Shown here: piece after piece, positions 1 to 12,514 of the stretch | How positions within the stretch are numbered: the stretch's first letter is position 1 | How the letters are laid out: each line of letters begins with the position of its first letter | Made by a program: the position numbers and the translations under genes | Assembly (NCBI GenBank): GCA_026770705.1 | Contig: JANJGN010000007.1 | Span: 112,778,001 to 112,842,000 of the forward strand | Source of the DNA: Isurus oxyrinchus | Lineage: Eukaryota | Direction of reading: 5' to 3' | DNA length: 64,000 bases | Notes under the pieces: generated by a model | What the model was told of the DNA's origin: nothing | Seen by the model: the letters and a program-made list of their open reading frames with translations, nothing else | The model's database searches: none

Positions 1-380
1 TGCATTGCATATTTATATCATTTAGTTATCACATTTCACTATACTGTCCAGTACAACCTCCAGTTACATACCTAATGAGCAGAATTATTCAGGCTGCAGA
101 TGTCTCTGTTATCCCACTGGGAGGCTGGGAAATGCCTTAGTTCTAATGCCTCCCAGTCTGTCCTCTTATCACCCCAACATCTGTTTACCCATCCTATTAA
201 GGCCATTAAGTTTTATGACTTGTGATTGTTCGTTGAGTTCCCAAAGTATCATATCCGTTGGCTATATTTCCCATCATGCTTCGAAAAAGCTCTCATAACT
301 GCATTTGTCTACTTTTAAAGCTGTTAATGTACATCCTAATATCAGTCTTAATATCAAATTATTTCAAATACCCCATTTCA
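1..380 (-). repeat. 3' LTR (partial)
   Basis: Aligns by eye with about 9960-10339; on the minus strand it starts TGAAATGGGG directly after the PPT. Confidence 0.9.
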
Positions 381-392
381 GTCCCTCCTTTT
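381..392 (-). promoter_or_regulatory. Polypurine tract
   Basis: Minus strand reads AAAAGGAGGGAC immediately before the LTR TG. Confidence 0.85.
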
Positions 393-568
393 GGACACCT
401 GGTCAGGCACTACCTGGCCCAGGAGGGACATTCCCAAGATCCTCTGCCCACCAGCAACGCTAGGGATCCTACTAGAGTCTGGTGGGCTTTGGGTCTGCTA
501 TCCTACTATTCTCTCATGGTTTTGTCTAAATCCTATTGACTTAAGCTAGGCTCAGAACCATCATTTCA

Positions 569-2400
569 TTAAATTGCAAAATCCTCAGAAATGTTCCTGA
601 TTTTAGATTTCCCTGGGAGGGGAGTTTTATTTGCATTGGATACTGAGATATGCCCTTTACTGGCCAGCATTACCATATGTCCTGCTTGGGTTACTACCAG
701 TCTCTGATAACAGCAAATACAAAGGCTAACTATTAAGACTGCAACAGACACAAAGGCTGCTGCCACCCTCACTACTTCCCACCAGTTATATGGCATTCTT
801 GCCATCTTGACTGGATTTCTATCTGAGTCTTCCAGTTTCCTAGCCATCCCTGTGGCTAGGTTTACCTGCACCCTTCCCCTCATGATTGCTTGACGGCTTG
901 TTCCATAAACCTTCTGGTAGTGGTTAGGGCCCTCTCCACCACTACCTAGGGTGTCATCAATACTTAATGTACTGTCCCACCATGGGCTGAATATGTAAAC
1001 AGTGTGGGCCGTACACGCAAGATGAAAGTCCTCTACTGTAAAAGAGTCAGTGATCTGTAGACAGAAGGTGTGGTTATTGTCATATTCTAACCCTCCATAC
1101 ATGAATCTTGCCCGGTTAGTCAGAGACAGCACTACTGTGTAGGGGAGGTTTGGACTGCCTTCAAAGGCCCTTTCAAGAGGATTAATCAACAGAACGATGG
1201 CAGAATCGTTACTGATGGGTTTCAGGGTATTACACGAGTAGATGATTCAGTGCAACACCCGGGTTCCTACCTGATATTTCCTCCCACTCTTTTCCACCCC
1301 TTTGTATCTGAATTTATATTCCACCAGCAGCCCTCAGACCCCCCCCCCACTCCCCCGATATGTTCCGTCAGTATGTTCCTGTGGTATACTCTTCAGAAAT
1401 TTTATCGTGTCTCCCTTGCCTCCTGTCATGGGCTGTGTAACTACTAATTCCTGTTGTTCTTCCTGTAAATTGATAAGGTCCAATTTCTCCACAGTCCGAT
1501 ATATGTGTCAAAGCGCAGTGCCAAATCTTACACACCTAACATTATCTATCAAGTCCTGAGCCAACATGTCACATGCCCTCCCCTTAGACTCTGAGTCAGT
1601 TGTATTATTGACTTTTAACCCCTCTAGTATACCTTCCCCCTGAACTTGTATAGCTGCAATTTTATTCAGTTCCCTGCGCTTCAAATCACAGTCCTCCTGT
1701 GATCTCTTTTGCTAGCTAAGAGGCATAAGCGCTGTAACTTTTATTTTGTCCAATCAGCCAATAAGGTCAGGATGAGGTTGGTCAAACTGTAGGTCACCTC
1801 CAGCGTACCCATTGTAGAATCATGTAATATCACTTTGTTTTTCCCACTTCTAATTACCCCATTCAGGAGCAGTGACATGATGGCTGGACACAGTGGGTTT
1901 TTTGATACCCACATGTTGACAAATTAAAGCATCTCGTGTCGCTACAATCAAGCCGATTAACAATATTTACACATGGCTCTTGACAAGGTTTTCCCTCCAA
2001 TCCTGGCTCCTAAACAAATGGGGGAAAATTAGTCCATCCGCCATAGTGTTCAGTCCCGTGTTGGACATAGATACCATGCCCGAGCTGGTATTGTACACTC
2101 CTTTTACGCCCACGTTTCCAGCTGTGGCACTAGTGTAAAAGTTGGGGCAATGTTATCTGAGTCAGATTGTCCCCTATTTGAAAAGATAACCTGAACAACA
2201 CAATGACTACCAGTAGTGACTCTATCAGAAATCCAAATGTTCAGTTTCCTTATCCACTCTCCACTCCCTCTTTTAGGTAGCTGCATGTATTGTCCTGGAT
2301 GCAGATAGGTGACTTTATTGACGTTTACGGTGGGCGCCTCCCATGCTGCTGTTATTATTAAGAGGGTGATTACTGCTGCTGCTGTTCTCCAGATTGCCAT
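569..2400 (-). pseudogene. Env-like type-I membrane glycoprotein, about 600 codons, with stops and frameshifts
   Basis: Signal peptide MAIWRTAAAVITLLIITAA at 2400; hand translation continues through stops (several are TGA, compatible with CGA decay) into ORF 569-1189; NxT/S sites (NNT, NDS, NHT); NWW followed by TM VVRVAAAFVSVAVLIVSL and CICC; located just upstream of the PPT. Confidence 0.75.
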
Positions 2401-2416
2401 TGCTCTGAGGGTTTGT

Positions 2417-2432
2417 CTGAAACAAAATAGTT
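2417..2432 (-). promoter_or_regulatory. Putative splice acceptor upstream of the env-like ATG
   Basis: Minus strand ctattttgtttcAG about 16 nt before the ATG; a second candidate tctgtttctgtcAG lies near 2458-2472. Confidence 0.55.
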
Positions 2433-2517
2433 AAGCGAGCTGCTAGTTGCTTTCCTGCTGACAGAAACAGACTGAGATATAGGTTTCACCTGCAACCAAT
2501 GCTTCCAAACATACTGG

Positions 2518-2754
2518 TCATTCCAAAACCCCCTTAACCATTACCTTATCCATCACTTCTGCCATGTCCTGGGGGAGCCACTCCCCCTCAATTCTTTCCA
2601 CTACCTCCTGCAGCTGTCTCACCTTGGACCTCAATTCCTTAAGTTGTCTACACAACTCTACAATGCACCTTCTTATCCTATCTTTCAATGGCCCAATATC
2701 TTCACTTCTAGTGGTGGTTCTCTCTGGGAGCTGCATAACTCTGCCTGTCATCAT
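2518..2754 (-). CDS. Small predicted coiled-coil ORF (78 aa), possible accessory gene of the LTR element
   Basis: ATG-started open frame with heptad-like IVELCRQLKELRSKVRQLQEVVERIE, directly upstream of the env-like gene. Confidence 0.35.
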   Translation of the reverse strand: MMTGRVMQLPERTTTRSEDIGPLKDRIRRCIVELCRQLKELRSKVRQLQEVVERIEGEWLPQDMAEVMDKVMVKGVLE

Positions 2755-5339
2755 GGTGCTAATCCTGTGGTCCTACTTTTTGTAGCTCACAGGCACATTA
2801 ATATGGTCAGTAATACACCCACACATCTTTTTGCTAGCTCTCCCTTTACCTGTATCTATCTTGTGATAAATTGTTGTCAAGTATTATTTATTCTTAACCT
2901 TCAATTGCCTCAACCACAGATTCCTGATACTTCTACTTTAAATTTTTTTTTAACTCCCTCTGACCATGATCATCTTAAGATTCTCTTAGTCAGTTTCTCT
3001 ACTGCCTTGATCATTGAAAAATGTTTCCTTACTCTTTAGGCCATATTAACCATGTCATGTCAAAGGAGGTCTCTGTCTCTTGATTTTTGCTTATCTCCTC
3101 CTGTACAGTTCCAATGTTTCAGGCCAGATTATCAACTTCAGTTATCTTAAAAAGTTTGTATATTGTATCCTCTTTCCCTAGATATATCTCCTAACCTTAA
3201 TCATTTGCTCATACCATTTTACGTATGCAATAGTTATCATCTTATCCTGTTCAGGTTGTCTGGAGAGACTTTACAGTCCAATAAAGTATTCTCATAATAT
3301 TTTTAAAACAGAAATCAAACATTTCTATTCGATTCCAGACATTAACATGTTTTGCTTTGTCGTCTTCCCCTTAAACAACATTTTATTTTCTCAAAAGTAA
3401 CCCACTAGATTGTGTCTGACTTTTTTCTCGTTTTAAAATTATCCCAGATACAAAAAGCAGTGTTGTTGAGTTGCCTTCAACTCTGCCAAAAATTGGATCT
3501 CTTCCAAACTTCTTCAAGGCTCCAGGCTTATCTTTATATTTTGAGAATAGACTTACAAGTACATTTTAAACTTATTTTTCAGCATAGAAGCTTGCAGCAT
3601 TGAAATGGTATCAATTGTTATCAAACCTTTTAAACTTTTAAACCCTTTCCTTTTTGAGATCTTTCTCAGGAACCAACCTTAAATCTTTAAAATTTGTAAG
3701 AATTGTAATTTACACTATCAAAATTAAAACTACTTCTTTCTCTTGGGTATGGATTTGTATCCAGATTAAAAGTCCCACATGTTTAGCAACACATATTCTT
3801 TATCTTAGATGGCATCATAGTTTTTCAAAAGTAACTTGCTAAGAGGCCTGATACACATTGGTGAATGTGTTTGCATCAGATCCCCTGGCCTAATGGGTGA
3901 AGTCAATTTTTTTTAAGGTAAAGCTTCTAACCATGACTACGCTGTGGCACTGAAAATCTTCATATAAATTCTTAGATCCTTAAAGCTGCTAGAAATCTTG
4001 TTACATTTGCATTTATCTCGAAATAAAAGCACAAGGGTCCATTCTGCTTGAGGCGGAATGGATTGATTCATCAGCCTGGAAGCTGAAGCTGCTGGTGGAA
4101 AGAGTTACCTCCCTGTTAGTCTGAAACCTGCTGTATTTTCTTTAGAATATATTCAAATTGATTTTTGGCTAGAAATCTCAACTCGAACCTTATAACTTAA
4201 CATTGGTTTGTTTAATTATATTTTCCATCGCTCCGACTCTCAATCCACATTGTGAGGCTTTTAACTCAAAGTGCTGAAACTCCACACACAAATGACAATC
4301 CAGGGAAGAAAACACACCAAAGTTCACGCACAAATTTTTCATTGCCACAAATATATAAAGATATGAATATCTCTATTTTATAACATTTATCTTAACAACT
4401 TAAAACTTCCATACACTAAATGAAACTTCAGGTAGCACTGGGAAGAAAGGGATCTTTGAGACTTTCACCTACAGGGACAATCACATTCTCCTCTGCCCCT
4501 GCCTATTAACTGCTTATTAACCCCTCTACCCCCCCAAAGGGTTACCCTTCTCTCTCTCTCTTTTTCTCTCTCTCTCCCCAGCTTTAGTGACTTACATGAA
4601 TTTAATTTTTTTTCCCCCTTTTTTAAGTTATTTGCCAAAAATTCAGTGGGGATCCCTTCTGGTCCCTACTCTAGATTTTTGTCAGCAATGGCTGATGTTA
4701 GGTTTATAGTCCGACTACTATTATTGCTTTCTTACTAAGAGACGGATCCATCTCCAGTCTATGGTTCTCTCACTACACCAGACACAGGGAAACAGTCGAT
4801 ATCATTTTATTGCACCAGTTTTCTCATTACACTGGATACTAGGGGCAGGATTTTCCAGTTGGTGTGCGGGGGTGGGCCCCACATGTTCTCGTGTAAAATG
4901 ACGCGCGGTGACATCGGGTGAGCATCTCAACATCACCACACGCCATCTTGGTATTTTGTTGAGCAGGTGCGCGATGATATCCATTGCGCAACCGCCATTA
5001 ATTAACGGGCCACTTAAGGCCCTTGACTCACCAATTGACGCTGATTTTTTTGGCGCCCGTGCAATCTTCGGGTTGGTGCACAGGCACAATGGGCAGGCGG
5101 ATAGGACACGTTCATATAAACCTCATCCCAGGGGGTGATAAGAGGGCTCACTGGGGTCGTAAGGGTGCTTTCTCAAGTATTGAATTTTCAAAGTTATTGA
5201 AACTTGCCTGTGTGACCTGCAATACTTCAAAATGCATTCCAGCTGCTTTGTCTGGATTCTTAACCTTCAGGTGAGCACTCTGCAGTGAGGTATCTTTTTT
5301 GGGCCTGCAGGTTTCAGAAAGCCTTCCCTTAGCCTGGGA

Positions 5340-6528
5340 ATGGGAGCTAAACTGTCCACTGGAGGCACCTCCTCTTGAGGAGGAAGGGAGGGCTAGAAGA
5401 GGGAGGAGGCCAGGAGTGCACATTCATTCTCCAGGGGAGCCACCTTTGGGAGAGCCAAGGGGTAGGCCAAGGCAGAAGGGGGCCGCAGAAGACGCCACAA
5501 TCCTGCTGCCGGGATATACAGGCGGTGAAGCAATTACCTCAATGTGTCTGAGGTACAGTGCTGAAGGAGGCTCTGTCACTCAAGGGAGACAGTCAATTCT
5601 GTCTGATATCTCCGCTACCTGTGTGGGTGCATACCCCATGCAGGTGGCTCTAAAGATTACAGCTGCCCTCAACTTCTATGCCTCTGGCTCCTTCCAAGGA
5701 TCGGTGGGTGATCTTTGCAGTGTCTCCCAATCAGCTGTCCACACTTGTGTCAAACAGGTTACAGATGCTCTGTTTAGGCGTGCATTGGCCACTTCTGTTG
5801 AGACCTGGCAAGCCAGACACAGCAAACCAGAGTCTTTGCAGCGTTTGCAGGCTTCCCCCACATCCAGGGTGCAATAGACTGCACACACGTGGCCATCAAG
5901 GTACCACCAGGTGAGCCCAGTGCCTTCGTCAACAGGAAGGGCTTCCACTCCATGAATGTGTGTGATCACAGCATGCTGATATTACAAGTTTGTGCAAGGT
6001 ACCCAGGCAGCTCCCATGACATCTACATCCTCAGACACTCCCAGGTCCCGGGGCTATTCAGTGCTCTAGCCCGGCTTGATGGATGGCTGCTGGGTGACAA
6101 GGGCTATTCCCTCAGAAGGTGGCTCATGATGCCTCTCCGCCATCCAAGAACAGACGCTGAGCAGCGATACAATAGGTGCCATGCCTCCACAAAGACTGAG
6201 GTGGAGAGAACCATTGGTCTTCTCAAGATGCGCTTCCGATGCCTGGATCACTCAGGGTGCACACTCCAGTACCCCCCAGATTGTGTCAGTGATAGTGGTT
6301 GCATGCTGCACTCTCCGCAATCTTGTGCTGGAAAGGGGGGACGCAGTGGACGATGAAGACGTCGACGCAGTGTCTGCGGCTGCACGCGATGAGTCCAGCA
6401 ACGGGTCTGAGGATGAGCATGCACAGGGGAATGCTGAGGGGGTGGATGCTGACCTGGGCATGCTGCAGGGAGGCAGAGACATCAGGGAGGCTTTACCAGG
6501 ACAAGCCTGGGCAGTACTCACTACCTAA
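5340..6528 (+). pseudogene. Harbinger (HARBI1-like) DDE transposase, frameshifted
   Basis: Motifs ALNFYASGSFQ, GAIDCTHVAI, NRKGFHS, YPGSSHD, LLGDKGY, VERTIGLLKMRFRCLD spread over several frames. Confidence 0.92.
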
Positions 6529-6793
6529 ATGCCAAATCTGCCAGATTAGGAACAGTAACTAAGGGCCTTGTTAATAAAGCTGAATTTCCCACAAAGCACT
6601 CATAACATTTTTGGAAAACATGCACATAGAGAAGAAAAGAGGTACCCTCAGCCATGGTCACATGTCTGAATTTAATATCACAAGCAAAGAAACTTTAGCC
6701 AAACAAATGACAATGGTGTTCCAATTCAAAGCAAATTATAAAGACGTCATCTCGAGCCAACACAAAAACACCAGTGATAAACCCGTGGTGTGC

Positions 6794-9014
6794 CTAATGT
6801 ACGTTATGTTTATGTTTCCGGGTACTACGTCTTGATGCTGCCCCATTGCTGGGAGTGGCATCTGAGACAGCCTGCTGACTCTGCTGTCCTGTTGGCCTCA
6901 ATGACCTTGGCGGTTGTCCTCTAGCCCGTGGAGCCTGTGCTGGCCCCACCTGGGAGGGATCTGCCAGTTCCACAGCTGGCATCTCCCCAGTCGTCGTAGC
7001 CTCACCGGATGCTACGGTCACCGGGAGAAGGGCGGAGGAGCTGCCACCCTCACCTGGAGTGCCCTGAGAGGTACCCGCAGAGACGGCAGGCAGCTGCAGT
7101 GCCGACATGAAGTCGCTTCGGATATCCCTGCTCACCGTGGATGATAGGTACCGAGTTGGGAAACTTGGTGCCCAGACCATCCCCCACACTGGCACTGACC
7201 AGCTGAGGTTAATGCCGATGTGAGGGCTTGCTAGTCAGAGTGCGTCCCCAGGAAGCCCTGATGGGTCTCCTGGAAGAGCCTCTCCACGAGAGTCGCCATT
7301 CTCTCCATGGAGGACACATGGTGCTCAGACATGTGGCTCATTGCTTCGGCGATTGTCCGCATAGACTCCTCCACCATGGAGACCAAGCCAAGTATAGCCT
7401 CATGTATCTGCCCCAGATGCTCCCACACACCCGACTGCATTTCGTGCCCCTGCTGCATCGCGGACTCCATAGGCACATCATCAGGCATTGACTGAGCATG
7501 TACCTGGTCCCCTGCAGTCCTCTGACTGCTGGTGCCAGGGGCACTCTCTGCCTCTGCCAGCTCCTCCAGCGACTGTGAAGTGCCCTCATCGCTGTGCCCT
7601 GGGACACTAGCCGATGTTCTAACTCCCATCGAGGTGGTGGTTATGTGTGCTGGTGCCTGCCTGGCAGAGATGGTGTGACACTGGTGAGACTTAAGGGCAC
7701 TCAGGTGTGAGAGCGGGCCTCTGCTGCTGCTCCTCCCAGCCCTGCTCTGCTGATGCTGAAAGGAAGAACAAGGACATTGGATCAGTTAACGTGGAGACAA
7801 TGGCAAAGCGCATCCCTGTCTCCCAGATCATTATGTGCTCAACCTTCCATGGTCAAGCCATGTTGCAAAATTAAATCACTTAACATTCAGCACTGCTATG
7901 GCTGCTGGGAGAACAATGCTGACCTCACTGCTGGCCATACATACCTGGCTGTGGCATCCCAGCCTCACCGACACCAGTGGATGTGGACGCATGGTGCCTC
8001 TCCAAATCCAGGGCTTCCTGCTCAAACTGGCTGAAAATGGCTAACTGCGCCAGGCCGCAACCAAGCCTCACACGGTCTGCAGAATTATGAGCATTCTTCT
8101 CCTGAAAATGAAAGAAGAGCATTGATTTGTGCAAATTATACATGGAATCTTTTCGTGCACGGCCCACCCCAGCCAGAGTGGGATATATCAGGGCTCCAGT
8201 ACCTCCTCACCCTGCTGCTGACAAGCACTTGCACAAAGATGCTAGGCCAGTTCCCACCCCCCCACTTCTCCCTTGGACACATGCTGCCTACATCACATTA
8301 GGCACCACACGGTATATCCTTCCATAGCAAGGAGGCGCAAGCACGTGGACCACAGAGGACAGCAGATGGTTTGTTGCCACGCCAGCTTGAAGCTCCCCTC
8401 CCAGCATGTCATCACTCTGACTTGGACATGTCCTGCAGTTCAAGCACAGCGCCGAGGTGCAGCTCCTCCAGGCTGCCTCCAAAACAGTCATGTCGGTCTC
8501 AGTGTACCACATGCTGCAGGCGCAGAACCCATTTCTTCACCACCCTCTAAGGCTGACCTCGGCATGGGCAATATCTGATGGCCCACCCAGCAAAGGACAT
8601 ATGCTGTTAATGATTCAATGCACCCACTATATTCAGACGTAGGGGCGGAGGGGGGCGGGGTGTTGGAGCAGAGGGGAAAGCTGACCAGCTGGGTTAAGTG
8701 ACCAATGCCAACATTGTCCTCACCCTTCCAGAGCGCAACAGGTCATTGAAGCGCTTGCTTCACTGCAACACTGGATCCAGGTGCGCTGTACCACGTCACA
8801 GGAGCTCACTACCTCCTCCAAGGCACATTTTGTCATGTTGGTGGGGCCTCCTCCTCCTGTCCTGGGGAACCAGCACTTCCCGCTGTGCTGTCACTTCCTT
8901 GAGGAGGGCAGCAAGGCAGTCATCGGAAAAACAAGGGGCACACTGAGCCCCCACCCTACCTTCTGGTCTTGTGTCACCTCTATTGCCCCTCTGCAGAACC
9001 CTTCGCCCAGCCAT
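6794..9014 (-). pseudogene. Harbinger Myb/SANT-like DNA-binding gene, three exons (about 9014-8725, 8102-7945, 7756-6794)
   Basis: APCFSDDCLAALLKEV...KRFNDL; GT donor near 8724; acceptor ctttcattttcAG followed by EKNAHN; basic C-terminus RRSTRKHKH. Confidence 0.75.
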
Positions 9015-9240
9015 TGCGAGTAGCCTTTCCAAGGCTGCCAGGCCTTCCTTTATACAGGTCGCCGGGTCGCTATTGGACCTGGTGGTGCGTCCGCCACCGC
9101 CCATCCACTCTCGCTATGCATGGGAGTCGTGAGGTACACTGGGCCCGCCCATGAAAAATGGCAGTGTGGACTCGAGTCCCCCCGCCAGCCAGAAAATTCA
9201 GCCCTAGGAAACGGTCGATAGCATTTTACAACACCTTTTA

Positions 9241-9568
9241 AAAAAATATTCATTCATGGGATATGGGCATCACTGGCTAGGCCAGCATTTCTGGCCTATT
9301 GTTCAGAGGGAATTTTTAAGGGTCAACCACATTGCTGTGGGTCTGGAATCACATGTAAGCCAGACCAGGTAAGGTTGGCAGATTTCCTTTCCTGAAGGAC
9401 GTTAGTGAAACAGAAGGGTTTTTACGACAATCAACAATGGTTTCATTGACATCATCAGACTTTTAATTCCAGATTTTTTATTGAATTCAAATTTCACCAT
9501 CTGCCATGGCAGGATTCCAGGTCTCTGGAATACTAGTCTAGTGACAATACCACTATGCCACTGCATCC
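9241..9568 (-). mobile_element. tRNA-derived SINE with LINE-derived 3' tail
   Basis: Head TGGCATAGTGGTA; body shared with 19510 and 28035; tail ...cccatgaatgaa plus T/A run. Confidence 0.8.
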
Positions 9569-9765
9569 TTTTAGGTTTTCTCAGAGCTCTCTCTAGGAAA
9601 CGGTCTGTACTACCATTTTACTGCACGGTATTGGTTAATTGGCACCAAACTGTCCTTAGTTACTCCACTCACAGACCCATACTCTGGTTCGGATCCTCAA
9701 ACCAACCCACCGGTTTCCTGTCTTGAATGTCGACCGCCCTATCTAAATGGGTGGTAAGTGAACAT

Positions 9766-9774
9766 CCTCACCTG
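9766..9774 (-). promoter_or_regulatory. Putative major splice donor of the LTR element
   Basis: CAG/GTGAGG about 45 nt downstream of the PBS. Confidence 0.5.
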
Positions 9775-9816
9775 TCCTCAACGTTCGATCCGGTGCCATT
9801 GACTGATATTGCAAGG

Positions 9817-9834
9817 ATCCTACCGACTATGCCA
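9817..9834 (-). promoter_or_regulatory. Primer-binding site, tRNA-Ser
   Basis: TGGCATAGTCGGTAGGAT, 16/18 match to TGGCGTAGTCGGCAGGAT (complement of the vertebrate tRNA-Ser AGA/TGA 3' end), 2 nt from the LTR CA. Confidence 0.88.
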
Positions 9835-9836
9835 GT

Positions 9837-10339
9837 TGTTGTGGAAAAAGAAACCACTCAAGTCTGTAAGTTGCCAATAACCTAGGACTTTTATTTACAA
9901 GCATATGCTGGAAGACACAGCCTGGTTCTACAGCATGTCTCCCCAATACAAAGGCTGTGTAGTATATTTATATCTTTTATTTATCACATTTCACTATACT
10001 GCCTAGTACAACCTCCAGTTACATACTTAAAGAGCAGAATTATTCAGGCTGCAGATGTCTCTGTTATCTCACTGGGAGGCTGGGAAATGCCTCAGTTCTA
10101 CCCATCCTGTGAAGGTCATTAAGTTCTATGACTTATGATTGTTTGTTGGGTTCCCACAGTACCATACTCATCATTGTGTTGGTTATATTTCCCATGATGC
10201 TTAGGAAGAGCTCTCATAGCAATACTTGTATACTTTTAAAACTCTTAATGCTCATAACTACACATGTCTACTGTTAAAGCTATTAATGTACACCTTAATA
10301 ACAATCTTAATATTGAATTATTTCAATTACCCCACTTCA
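9837..10339 (-). repeat. 5' LTR (503 bp)
   Basis: TGAAGTGGGG...ACAACA on minus; TATAAAT near 9966-9972 and AATAAA near 9889-9894. Confidence 0.9.
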
Positions 10340-11649
10340 GAGTAATTGCAAAGATTTTTTGATCGGTTCAACTGAATGGGTGCTCAGACTAGACCAGACG
10401 CTTGTTTCGATGTGTTGACATTTAGTACTACGATACAGCACCTTAAATTTGAGAGTATTTTATTGCTCTTAAAACATTGAAAAAATTCAATCTGGAGAAA
10501 TGCATCCTTCAAGATCTCATCCTTGAGTGACTCAAAGACCATGAGATTAGTCATTTTTAACATGCTTCACATGTTAATCTTCCTGATGGTATCCTATTGC
10601 AACTGGTTTCGTAATAGTTCTTATGGCTGAGAATAGAAAATGTTATCCTTTAGCTTGGGAAGCTGAGAAAGTAAAAAGGGTAGTTAAAAGTTCTTTGGCT
10701 GCCTAAATAGTGGCTGTTGTGGAGGTAATGGATATGTGATTCTATTTGTCAAATAGAATTTTGAGTGTGATTTTGCACAATGGGTATACTGAAGATAGTA
10801 TACTGATTGAATGTAATGTAGATAATTGGTCATTGCAGGATAATGTACACTGTCTATAAAAAAATTGAGTAAAAAAGGTTTAATTTTGCTGGTTTGAAAC
10901 AAATACCAGAGGAAAAGGAAATATCCAAAATTAAATGGGTGGATCAAGTCACCTTATAAGAAGAAATGTACAAAGATTTCTTTGTACAAGCACATACAAA
11001 GAAATTGTTATGAGTCTGAGAGGAGGTGTGTGACTAGCAATGTAATGCTTTGCATAGAATATGAAGCTTTTTGATTTAGTTTATTTTGAAATTGTTGTTA
11101 TATTAACTCTATCTTATATTTAAACAGAGAGAGGAACTGTTAATTGTATATTAGTTGTTTAATTGCATACGGTAGTAATTCACTTGAATCACAATAAATA
11201 GACACAGACTGAAAATGTGATTGTTGGGTTAGGAGATGTATGCTTGTAATACATAATTTTGTAAATAAATAGAAAAGTGTGTAAAAATTGGCTCCAGTTC
11301 TATCCCACGCCAACTAGTTTCTGGAGTAAAACCAGAGTGGGAAGGGGCAGGGTGGTGGGTGGAATTAATGATTGGGATACCATGGCAATTGTTATGGGAT
11401 CCTGTTATTTAAAATTGTATATTCACTTCCTGAATCCAAGTAAATAACGTAAATTGGTCAAAATTGCCGATGATATGAATTAAGAGGGTAATTGAATCTG
11501 AAGAGAAGGCTTGGGAACTGCAAAATATGAACAGAAGTGGAACTATGACAGATGGTATTTTGTATGGAGAGGGGTAAATTACTGTGTGTTGGTAGAACAA
11601 AATGGGCAATGTTGTTATGTTATTATTTTAGGTCTAAATGTACCGATCA

Positions 11650-12505
11650 TACACAAGAATTAGCGAAACAATAAAATGGTTTCTTTGTTTGAAGATAAGT
11701 TTATTTACAGATAATATTCACTGGGAGCTAAGTATAGTAGATTTGATTTCTACCACTGCTGCTCAGAGACTGCCTAACAAGTCATGGAACTAATACATCA
11801 TATGTTGTTAAGGTTGGTAGTGATTGATGGTAGTTTAAGATATTCATCCTTAAAGGTATATGCACATCATATCACAAAAACCGTAATTACTCTTGTGAAT
11901 GGTGAACCAAGGTTGAAGTTAAAAGAAATTCCAAGAGTTTTAGTGTATCTGACACTGAACATGTCCAACAGCTTATGGAATAGCAATCAACAAAGCCAAC
12001 AGAATATTGAACAATAGAACCAGAATGGAATACAAGATGGAAAAAGTCATACTTAAAGTGCTCTGGTCTGTCCACACCTTGAGTACCATGAGATACAGAG
12101 AGATATTCAGGACTTGAAGGCAGAAGACAGTTCAGAAAAAAGTCACAAGGCTGACTGCTGACATCAGATGACAGTTGTAAGGAGCAACTGGAGAATCTTG
12201 GGCTTTTCAGACATCAAGTGAGGTGACATTATTGAGGTATATAAGATAGCTTCAGCATAGACAAGGTAGACACAGAACATTACTTCAAATTAAACTGTGA
12301 TGGTAGGACAAGAGGTTACTGGTTCAGACTAGTAAAAGGAAGTTTACACTTGATGGTGGGAGTGAGAATGAACACATGCGATCAACTTCCAAAATAAGGT
12401 AGTGTAACTGTAAATCTTGGAATCATTTAGGAAATAATTGGAATGCTGTGTTGGTGGGGATTACAGGGTCATGCTGGAAGGATGAGCCAAGATGATCTTG
12501 CTAAT
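11650..12505 (+). mobile_element. Old CR1-like LINE 3' fragment
   Basis: Degenerate RT C-terminal coding (VQKKVTRL, RGDIIEVYKI, RTRGYWFRL). Confidence 0.6.
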
Positions 12506-12514
12506 CAATAATGG

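Larger units (their letters stand above)
4843..9204 (+). mobile_element. PIF/Harbinger DNA transposon with two convergent genes
   Basis: Termini GGGCAGGATTTTC and GAAAATTCAGCCC; 3-bp TSD TAG at 4840-4842 and 9205-9207; transposase on plus, Myb/SANT gene on minus. Confidence 0.93.
1..10339 (-). mobile_element. ERV-like LTR element (left end runs off the window), env-like gene only, interrupted by a Harbinger and a SINE
   Basis: Direct repeats at 1-380 and 9837-10339 with TG..CA termini; PBS next to the right LTR; PPT next to the left LTR; decayed glycoprotein ORF at the 3' end of the internal region. Confidence 0.9.

Noticed and set aside
5340-6528. Host HARBI1 gene
   Set aside because: Frameshifted, inside TIRs and a TSD, and multicopy in the window, so it is a transposon copy.
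10900-11345. Possible additional LTR fragment (two AATAAA-like motifs)
   Set aside because: No partner repeat, PBS or clear termini in the window.
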